From a virus (lineage: Duplodnaviria; Heunggongvirae; Uroviricota; Caudoviricetes): a DNA stretch of 5,214 nucleotides. Each line of letters starts with the position of its first letter. The stretch's first letter is position 1. The translations under genes were made by a program, and so were the position numbers. The notes below the pieces were generated by a model. It saw only the letters and a list, made by a program, of their open reading frames with translations. It had not been told where the DNA came from and ran no database searches. Below, one piece after another: positions 1-5,214 of this stretch. The DNA is taken from positions 1 through 5,214 of IMG/VR virus record IMGVR_UViG_2534681705_000014; one strand, given 5' to 3'.

Positions 1-191
1 TCCATGAACCGGCAACGGATGTCAGCCGGGTGTTCTCAACGGTGATAGATATGCCGGCAGGACGGGGCCATGTCACCCTGACGTTTAATGTGTCATCGAC
101 CGGCGCGAACAAATGGACGCCGACAACGTACATCAGCGATTTACTGGTGGTGGTCATGAAAAAATCCACGGCAGGAATCAGTATCAGCTGA
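1..191 (+). CDS. J: Tail tip / host-specificity protein J-like, C-terminal fragment (5' partial; gene continues upstream of the window)
   Basis: Open frame in phase with codons starting at nt 3 runs from the window edge to a TGA at 189-191 (…[21 protein letters not shown]). It is not in the ORF track because it has no start codon in the window. The call is by synteny only: in lambda-type prophages the gene immediately upstream of lom is J. I cannot verify the residues against J from memory. Confidence 0.55.
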   Translation, partial: HEPATDVSRVFSTVIDMPAGRGHVTLTFNVSSTGANKWTPTTYISDLLVVVMKKSTAGISIS

Positions 192-208
192 CGATTTATT
201 AACCCGGA

Positions 209-234
209 GGGGCACCCGAAGCGGTGCCTTTTTT
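209..234 (+). terminator. Rho-independent terminator downstream of the J-like gene
   Basis: Seen in sequence: GC-rich inverted repeat GGCACC (211-216) / GGTGCC (223-228) with a 6-nt loop CGAAGC, followed directly by TTTTTT (229-234), 18 nt after the TGA stop. Confidence 0.7.
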
Positions 235-258
235 ATTGACTGAAAACGAGAGGTAATC

Positions 259-870
259 ATGCGCCATATTTTATTTTTTGTCGCTTTTCTGGCAGGAATG
301 GCCCTTCCTGCGCAGGCTGAAGTCGGACACGGTGCGTTTTCCGTGGGATATGCTCAGGTTCACCCGGGCGGCGTGCCGGCATTGTCCGGTACCGGTGCCC
401 GTACAGGTGATTTAAAAGGGATTAACGTGAAATACCGTTATGAATTCACGGACCATGCGGGTGGTATTGTTTCGCTGAGTTATGCGTCGGCGAAAAAAAG
501 CGACACGATGAAGACGGGTGAAAATACGTTCCATTATGAAAGCCTGCGCGGTCGTTATGTGAGTCTGATGGCCGGCCCTGTCTGGCAGGTCAGTGAGCAG
601 GTCAGTCTCTATGGCACGGCTGGGATGGCTTACACCCGCTGGTCTGACAGTGTTCAGGATTACCGACGTGATGAATTGAAACCGGGGTATGTGAAGGAGA
701 CGACCACCGCCAGTGATGGCTATACCGCACGACACCTGTCGCTGGCATGGGGTGCGGGTCTTCAGTTCAGCCCGGCAGAATCCGTGGCCATTGATATTGC
801 TTATGAAGGCTCCGGCAGTGGTGACTGGCGCACTGACGGTTTCATCGTGGGTGTCGGTTATAAGTTCTGA
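259..870 (+). CDS. lom: Lom-family outer-membrane protein (Ail/Lom/PagC/OmpX-type 8-stranded beta-barrel), prophage lysogenic-conversion gene
   Basis: 203-aa ORF with a Shine-Dalgarno AGAGG (249-253) 5 nt before the ATG. N-terminal signal peptide MRHILFFVAFLAGMALPAQA with an A-x-A cleavage motif. Alternating aromatic/hydrophobic beta-strand pattern and a C-terminal …DIAYEGSGSGDWRTDGFIVGVGYKF ending in Phe, as expected for a BAM-dependent barrel. The segments KGINVKYRYE, FHYESLRGRYVS and KETTTA and the C-terminus match my recollection of phage lambda Lom. Position between J and stf matches lambda. Confidence 0.9.
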   Translation: MRHILFFVAFLAGMALPAQAEVGHGAFSVGYAQVHPGGVPALSGTGARTGDLKGINVKYRYEFTDHAGGIVSLSYASAKKSDTMKTGENTFHYESLRGRYVSLMAGPVWQVSEQVSLYGTAGMAYTRWSDSVQDYRRDELKPGYVKETTTASDGYTARHLSLAWGAGLQFSPAESVAIDIAYEGSGSGDWRTDGFIVGVGYKF

Positions 871-896
871 TTAGCCAGGTAACACAGTGTTATGAC

Positions 897-923
897 AGCC
901 CGCCGGTTCAGGCGGGCTTTTTT
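897..923 (+). terminator. Rho-independent terminator downstream of lom
   Basis: Seen in sequence: perfect 8-bp inverted repeat AGCCCGCC (897-904) / GGCGGGCT (911-918) with loop GGTTCA, followed by TTTTT (919-923). It lies 27 nt after the lom stop and just before the stf ribosome-binding site. Confidence 0.75.
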
Positions 924-934
924 GTGGGGTGAAT

Positions 935-3900
935 ATGGCAGTAAAGATTTCAGGTGTACTGAAAGACGGTGCAGGTAAACCGGTACAGAACTGCACAATC
1001 CAGCTGAAAGCAAAACGTAACAGCACCACGGTGGTGGTGAACACGGTGGCCTCAGAAAATCCGGATGAAGCCGGGCGTTACAGCATGGACGTTGAGTACG
1101 GTCAGTACAGCGTTATTCTGATGGTGGAAGGCTTCCCGCCATCGCATGCCGGGACCATCACCGTGTATGAAGACTCACAACCGGGTACGCTGAATGATTT
1201 TCTCGGTGCCATGACGGAGGATGATGCCCGTCCGGAGGCACTGCGCCGCTTTGAACTGATGGTGGAAGAGGTGGCGCGTAACGCGTCCGCAGTGGCACAG
1301 AACACGGCAGCCGCGAAGAAGTCAGCCAGCGATGCCGGCACATCAGCCCGTAAGGCGGCAACCCATGCGACTGATGCTGCAGGCTCAGCACGTGCAGCCA
1401 GCACATCAGCCGGGCAGGCCGCGACGTCGGCTCAGTCAGCGTCTTCCAGCGCAGGAACGGCATCAACAAAGGCTACTGAAGCATCAAAAAGTGCTGCCGC
1501 TGCAGAGTCCTCAAAAAGCGCTGCGGCTACCAGTGCCGGTGCGGCGAAAACGTCAGAAACGAATGCTTCAGCGTCACAACAATCAGCCGCCACTTCTGCA
1601 TCCACCGCGACCACGAAAGCGTCAGAAGCTGCCACCTCAGCCAGAGATGCGTCGGCTTCAAAAGAGGCGGCAAAATCATCAGAAACGAACGCATCATCAA
1701 GCGCCAGTAGTGCAGCTTCCTCGGCAACGGCGGCAGGAAATTCCGCGAAGGCGGCAAAAACGTCCGAGACGAACGCCAGGTCTTCTGAAACGGCAGCGGG
1801 ACAGAGCGCCTCGGCTGCGGCAGGCTCAAAAACAGCGGCTGCGTCGTCTGCCAGTGCCGCGTCAACAAGTGCCGGGCAGGCCTCAGCCAGTGCCACCGCT
1901 GCCGGAAAGTCGGCAGAAAGCGCCGCATCATCCGCTTCAACAGCCACAACGAAGGCTGGCGAAGCCACTGAACAGGCCACGGCAGCAGCGAGGTCAGCTT
2001 CCGCAGCGAAGACATCCGAAACGAACGCGAAAGCGTCGGAAACCAGCGCAGAATCCTCAAAAACGGCTGCCGCATCGTCAGCCAGTTCGGCGGCGTCATC
2101 GGCATCATCGGCGTCTGCTTCAAAAGATGAGGCGACCAGACAAGCGTCAGCAGCGAAGGGCAGCGCCACGACGGCATCCACGAAGGCGACAGAGGCAGCT
2201 GGCAGTGCGACGGCGGCAGCTCAGAGCAAAAGTACGGCGGAATCCGCGGCAACGCGCGCCGAGACAGCAGCAAAACGGGCAGAGGATATTGCATCCGCTG
2301 TGGCGCTTGAGGATGCGAGCACGACGAAAAAGGGGGTAGTACAGCTCAGCAGTGCGACCAACAGCACTTCCGAGTCACAGGCGGCAACGCCAAAAGCCGT
2401 TAAGGCCGCGTATGACCTGGCTAACGGGAAATACACCGCACAGGACGCTACGACAGCACAAAAAGGAATTGTCCAGCTCAGTAGTGCAACCAACAGCGCA
2501 TCTGAAACGCTTGCCGCGACACCGAAAGCAGTGAAAGCAGCTAATGATAATGCGAATGGTCGGGTACCTTCTGCCCGTAAGGTGAATGGTAAGGCGCTTT
2601 CAGCGGATATAACACTGACGCCGAAAGATATTGGTACGCTTAACTCAACAACAATGTCATTCAGCGGTGGTGCTGGTTGGTTCAAATTAGCAACGGTAAC
2701 CATGCCACAGGCGAGTTCCATCGTTTACATCGCATTGATTGGTGGCGCTGGTTACAACGTCGGTTCCCCACATCAGGCAGGCATTTCAGAACTGGTTCTA
2801 CGAGCAGGCAATGGAAACCCCAAAGGAATTACCGGGGCTTTGTGGAAGCGTACAGCCGTCGGATTAACGAATTTCGCCTGGATCAACACATCCGGCGATA
2901 CATATGATATTTACGTTGAGATTGGCAATTATGCGACGAGTGTAAATATCCATTGGGATTGTACTGCAAATGCGTCAGTTTCTGTTTATACCTCGCCAAC
3001 ATATTCAGCGAGTAAGCCTTCCAGCGTTACCTATGGTGTTGTTTATACGATGTATAGCTCACATCAGAAACCTACACCATCAGATATTGGAGCACTGCCA
3101 ACAACCGGAGGAACAGTTTCAGGTCCGTTGTCTGTTACAGGTGGATTAACTGGTTCATTGAATGGTAATGCAAGTACAGCCACGAAATTGCAGACGGCAA
3201 GATCTATCGGTGGAGTTGTTTTCGACGGTTCTGCAAATATTAACCTTCCAGGTGTAAACACTACGGGTAATCAGAACACCACTGGTAATGCTGCAACTGC
3301 TACAAAACTTCAGACTGCAAGAAAAATATCCGGTGTTCCATTTGATGGTTCTACTGATATCACTTTAACCGCCGCGCATGTGGCTGCTTTTGCCAGAAGG
3401 GCAACGGATACATATGCCGATGCGGATGGTGGCGTTCCCTGGAATGCCGAATCAGGCGCTTACAATGTCACCCGCTCTGGCGACACCTATATTCTGGTTA
3501 ACTTCTATACCGGAGTCGGAAGTTGCCGGACCCTGCAGATGAAGGCGCATTACAGAAATGGAGGTCTGTTCTACCGTTCCTCAAGAGATGGCTATGGTTT
3601 TGAGGAAGGCTGGGCAGAAGTTTATACCTCGAAAAATCTTCCACCAGAAAGCTACCCAGTCGGCGCACCAATCCCGTGGCCATCAGATACCGTTCCGTCT
3701 GGTTATGCCCTGATGCAGGGGCAGACTTTTGACAAATCTGCCTACCCGAAACTTGCAGCCGCTTATCCGTCAGGCGTGATCCCTGATATGCGTGGCTGGA
3801 CGATTAAGGGCAAGCCCGCCAGTGGTCGTGCCGTATTGTCTCAGGAACAGGACGGCATTAAATCGCACACCCACAGCGCCAGCGCATCCAGTACGGATTT

Positions 3901-4294
3901 GGGGACGAAAACCACATCGTCGTTTGATTACGGCACTAAATCCACGAATAACACTGGTGCGCATACCCATAGTGTTAGCGGTACGGCTGCTTCAGCCGGT
4001 GCACATACCCATTCGATGACATTTGTTTCAGGTGGTTCCAGTGGTGCTCCGGGAAGTGGATCACCTGATTATTCTAAATACAGTGTTAACACTTCTTCTG
4101 CAGGCGCTCATACGCACTCTGTATCGGGTACTGCTGCAAGCGCAGGTGCACACGCACATACTGTCGGTATTGGTGCTCATACGCACTCCGTTGCGATTGG
4201 TTCACATGGACATACCATCACCGTTAACGCTGCTGGTAACGCGGAAAACACCGTCAAAAACATCGCATTTAACTATATTGTGAGGCTTGCATAA
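935..4294 (+). CDS. stf: Side tail fibre protein Stf, intact long form (about 1119 aa from the ATG), with conserved N-terminal domain, Ala/Ser/Thr-rich periodic stalk, tail-fibre repeats, a distinct central module and a His-x-His-rich C-terminal tip
   Basis: One uninterrupted frame. The ORF track begins at GTG 929 (MNMAVK…) but ATG 935 ([12 protein letters not shown]…) is better placed, 5 nt after GGGG at 926-929, and matches the lambda Stf N-terminus as I recall it. N-terminal block [26 protein letters not shown]…[15 protein letters not shown]…[23 protein letters not shown], the tail-fibre repeat [11 protein letters not shown]…[10 protein letters not shown], and the C-terminal …[36 protein letters not shown]…[29 protein letters not shown] are hallmark lambda Stf / T4 gp37-type segments. 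The stop TAA (4292-4294) overlaps the tfa ATG. Confidence 0.93.
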   Translation: MAVKISGVLKDGAGKPVQNCTIQLKAKRNSTTVVVNTVASENPDEAGRYSMDVEYGQYSVILMVEGFPPSHAGTITVYEDSQPGTLNDFLGAMTEDDARPEALRRFELMVEEVARNASAVAQNTAAAKKSASDAGTSARKAATHATDAAGSARAASTSAGQAATSAQSASSSAGTASTKATEASKSAAAAESSKSAAATSAGAAKTSETNASASQQSAATSASTATTKASEAATSARDASASKEAAKSSETNASSSASSAASSATAAGNSAKAAKTSETNARSSETAAGQSASAAAGSKTAAASSASAASTSAGQASASATAAGKSAESAASSASTATTKAGEATEQATAAARSASAAKTSETNAKASETSAESSKTAAASSASSAASSASSASASKDEATRQASAAKGSATTASTKATEAAGSATAAAQSKSTAESAATRAETAAKRAEDIASAVALEDASTTKKGVVQLSSATNSTSESQAATPKAVKAAYDLANGKYTAQDATTAQKGIVQLSSATNSASETLAATPKAVKAANDNANGRVPSARKVNGKALSADITLTPKDIGTLNSTTMSFSGGAGWFKLATVTMPQASSIVYIALIGGAGYNVGSPHQAGISELVLRAGNGNPKGITGALWKRTAVGLTNFAWINTSGDTYDIYVEIGNYATSVNIHWDCTANASVSVYTSPTYSASKPSSVTYGVVYTMYSSHQKPTPSDIGALPTTGGTVSGPLSVTGGLTGSLNGNASTATKLQTARSIGGVVFDGSANINLPGVNTTGNQNTTGNAATATKLQTARKISGVPFDGSTDITLTAAHVAAFARRATDTYADADGGVPWNAESGAYNVTRSGDTYILVNFYTGVGSCRTLQMKAHYRNGGLFYRSSRDGYGFEEGWAEVYTSKNLPPESYPVGAPIPWPSDTVPSGYALMQGQTFDKSAYPKLAAAYPSGVIPDMRGWTIKGKPASGRAVLSQEQDGIKSHTHSASASSTDLGTKTTSSFDYGTKSTNNTGAHTHSVSGTAASAGAHTHSMTFVSGGSSGAPGSGSPDYSKYSVNTSSAGAHTHSVSGTAASAGAHAHTVGIGAHTHSVAIGSHGHTITVNAAGNAENTVKNIAFNYIVRLA
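1280..2326 (+). repeat. Degenerate tandem repeat tract inside stf: about 25 copies of a 42-bp (14-residue) Ala/Ser/Thr-rich unit
   Basis: Seen in sequence: the AAK(T/S)SETNA motif recurs in-frame at nt 1541, 1667, 1751 and 2003, spacings of 126, 84 and 252 bp, all multiples of 42. The protein parses into 14-residue units (…[14 protein letters not shown] / [14 protein letters not shown] / [14 protein letters not shown] / [14 protein letters not shown]…). GC is high here, about 70% in the 60-nt line 1801-1860, and the tract throws off long shadow ORFs in other frames. Confidence 0.8.
2333..2542 (+). repeat. Two tandem copies of the conserved phage tail-fibre repeat (about 44 aa, 132-bp period) inside stf
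   Basis: Seen in sequence: [34 protein letters not shown] and [33 protein letters not shown], with matching DNA gtacagctcagcagtgcgaccaacagc (2336-) and gtccagctcagtagtgcaaccaacagc (2468-). The motif corresponds to the phage tail fibre repeat family as I recall it. Confidence 0.8.
3164..3370 (+). repeat. Two tandem copies of a 40-aa (120-bp) tail-fibre shaft repeat inside stf
   Basis: Seen in sequence: [28 protein letters not shown] and [28 protein letters not shown], starting 120 bp apart (3164 and 3284) and separated by a Gly/Asn/Thr linker [12 protein letters not shown]. Confidence 0.8.
3863..4225 (+). repeat. His-x-His repeat region of the Stf C-terminal tip (SHTHS, GAHTHS x3, GAHAHT, SHGHT)
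   Basis: Seen in sequence: repeated (S/G)AH(T/A)HS units, including two near-identical [17 protein letters not shown] blocks. Established knowledge: the homologous T4 gp37 tip coordinates metal ions through His-x-His motifs in a trimeric needle, and the lambda Stf C-terminus belongs to this family. Confidence 0.8.
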
Positions 4295-4875
4295 TGGCAT
4301 TCAGAATGAGTGAACAACCACGGACCATAAAAATTTATAATCTGCTGGCCGGAACTAATGAATTTATTGGTGAAGGTGACGCATATATTCCGCCTCATAC
4401 AGGTCTGCCAGCAAACAGTACCGATATTGCACCGCCAGATATTCCGGCAGGCTTCGTGGCTGTTTTCAACAGTGATGAGGCATCGTGGCATCTCGTTGAA
4501 GATCATCGGGGTAAAACGGTTTATGACGTGGCTTCCGGCGACGCGTTATTTATTTCTGAACTCGGTCCGTTACCGGAAAATGCCACTTGGTTATCCCCGG
4601 AAGGGGAGTTTCAGAAGTGGAACGGCACAGCCTGGGTGAAAGATGCAGAAGCAGAAAAACTATTCCGGATCCGGGAGGCGGAAGAAACAAAAAACAGCCT
4701 GATGCAGGCAGCGAATGAGCATATTGCGCCACTTCAGGATGCTGTAGATCTGGAAATCGCAACGGAGGAAGAAAACTCGTTGCTGGAAGCCTGGAAAAAG
4801 TATCGGGTGTTGCTGAACCGTGTTAATACAACAACTGCACCGGATATTGAATGGCCAGTAGCACCTATAGGGTAA
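4294..4875 (+). CDS. tfa: Tail fibre assembly protein Tfa (chaperone for Stf trimerisation, T4 gp38-like family)
   Basis: 193-aa [57 protein letters not shown]…[24 protein letters not shown], which matches lambda Tfa as I recall it. Shine-Dalgarno GAGG (4282-4285) lies inside the end of stf. The ATG (4294-4296) overlaps the stf TAA, consistent with translational coupling. Confidence 0.93.
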   Translation: MAFRMSEQPRTIKIYNLLAGTNEFIGEGDAYIPPHTGLPANSTDIAPPDIPAGFVAVFNSDEASWHLVEDHRGKTVYDVASGDALFISELGPLPENATWLSPEGEFQKWNGTAWVKDAEAEKLFRIREAEETKNSLMQAANEHIAPLQDAVDLEIATEEENSLLEAWKKYRVLLNRVNTTTAPDIEWPVAPIG

Positions 4876-4961
4876 ATTCGTAATGATTACCTAAATACGT
4901 TATTCTTTTGTTCAAAAAGTGATTTTGCTATAGGTAGGGAGTATGTTCTTGGATTAATAAT

Positions 4962-4992
4962 AAAAAATCGCCATGAAAGAGCTTCATGGCGA
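4962..4992 (-). terminator. Strong rho-independent terminator oriented for minus-strand (leftward) transcription, facing the 3' end of tfa
   Basis: Seen in sequence: perfect 10-bp inverted repeat TCGCCATGAA (4968-4977) / TTCATGGCGA (4983-4992) with a 5-nt loop AGAGC. On the minus strand the hairpin is followed by UUUUUUAUUAUU (complement of 4950s-4967). There is no T-run on the plus-strand side. Confidence 0.7.
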
Positions 4993-5214
4993 GTACATAA
5001 ACGTACAAAATGTGATGAAAGTAGAGTGGCGTAAGCCACTATATTAAGATATGACAATAGCAAACAAAAGTAAATAACATTTTATGGACGTTTAATTGTT
5101 AATTATAAAAACTAGAGTGCCCGATATTGTTTATCTTGCTTTAAAATAATGTACTCAAACCAAATTTTTGAGCTAAAAGCTCAAATAATATAAATGCAAT
5201 GATAATGTTTAATA

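Noticed and set aside
236-264. TTGACT at 236-241 as a -35 element of a lom promoter
   Set aside because: No acceptable -10 hexamer lies at 16-18 bp spacing, because that position falls on the ATG region. The lom promoter probably lies elsewhere, so no promoter is annotated.
412-735. 107-aa minus-strand ORF inside lom
   Set aside because: It is fully antisense to the confidently assigned lom gene and has no independent support.
929-934. GTG at 929 as the stf start, as called by the ORF track (MNMAVK…)
   Set aside because: The ATG at 935 has better Shine-Dalgarno spacing (GGGG at 926-929, 5 nt) and gives the MAVKISG… N-terminus typical of Stf. The GTG would overlap the ribosome-binding site itself.
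1102-2294. Minus-strand ORFs 1102..1404, 1158..1469, 1432..2181 (Ala/Asp-rich) and 1527..2294
   Set aside because: These are antisense shadows of the stf repeat tract. High GC and repetitive codons suppress stop codons on the opposite strand. None has a plausible start context or recognisable content.
1280-2326. Collagen-like triple-helix region in the fibre
   Set aside because: There is no Gly-X-Y triplet periodicity. The tract is Ala/Ser/Thr-rich with a 14-residue period instead.
1332-2339. 335-aa + strand ORF, extremely Arg/Pro/Gln-rich, overlapping stf in another frame
   Set aside because: It is a frame-shifted reading of the GC-rich Ala/Ser codon repeats (GCN/TCN read as CNG/CGN). It lies entirely inside the well-supported stf frame and has the composition of a shadow ORF.
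1280-4225. Tandem repeats as a possible CRISPR array or non-coding satellite
   Set aside because: All the repeats are in-frame, degenerate at wobble positions and part of one long coding sequence. There is no repeat-spacer architecture with identical direct repeats.
2221-4283. Short ORFs nested in stf on either strand (2221..2721 -, 2352..2534 +, 2677..2907 +, 3064..3261 -, 3498..3683 -, 3770..3970 -, 3792..4019 +, 4023..4283 +)
   Set aside because: All lie in alternative frames or on the opposite strand within the continuous stf frame. Their compositions are typical of out-of-frame translation.
935-4294. Frameshifted or split stf, as in laboratory lambda (orf-401 / orf-314)
   Set aside because: The frame here is continuous from 935 to 4294 with no internal stop or frame break. 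This is an intact fibre gene.
4273-4762. ORFs overlapping tfa (4273..4506 -, 4358..4639 +, 4550..4762 -)
   Set aside because: They are nested within the tfa frame, whose product matches the Tfa family over its full length.
4973-5047. 24-codon + strand ORF (MKELHGEYINVQNVMKVEWRKPLY) in the AT-rich region
   Set aside because: Its start codon is buried in the terminator stem, it has no Shine-Dalgarno sequence, and it is too short to support.
5144-5212. Partial minus-strand ORF entering from the right edge, with a hydrophobic C-terminus (…LNIIIAFILFELLAQKFGLSTLF*)
   Set aside because: Only 23 codons are visible. An open stretch of this length in one of three frames is not significant in AT-rich DNA. 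It is recorded as a hint in the findings, not as a feature.
4876-5214. Insertion sequence or transposon end in the AT-rich segment
   Set aside because: No terminal inverted repeats, target-site duplication or transposase coding sequence is visible within the window.

Overview
This window reads as the side-tail-fibre module of a lambdoid (lambda/Rac-like) enterobacterial prophage, all on the + strand: the 3' end of a J-like tail-tip gene, an intrinsic terminator, a lom-family outer-membrane protein gene, a second terminator, one very long intact side tail fibre gene stf, and the tail fibre assembly gene tfa overlapping the stf stop in a TAATG junction. After tfa the sequence drops abruptly to roughly 30% GC and contains a strong intrinsic terminator oriented for minus-strand transcripts plus a 13-bp-periodic hexamer array at the window edge. 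I find no complete defence, toxin-antitoxin, CRISPR or mobile-element system inside the window. The best lead is the AT-rich junction after tfa, which looks like the edge of an accessory cargo region lying beyond the right end. The stf gene is itself mosaic, with a GC-rich 14-residue-periodic Ala/Ser/Thr repeat tract, a GC-poor central module and a conserved His-x-His C-terminal tip. All identifications rest on reading the translations and on remembered family features; no database search was run.
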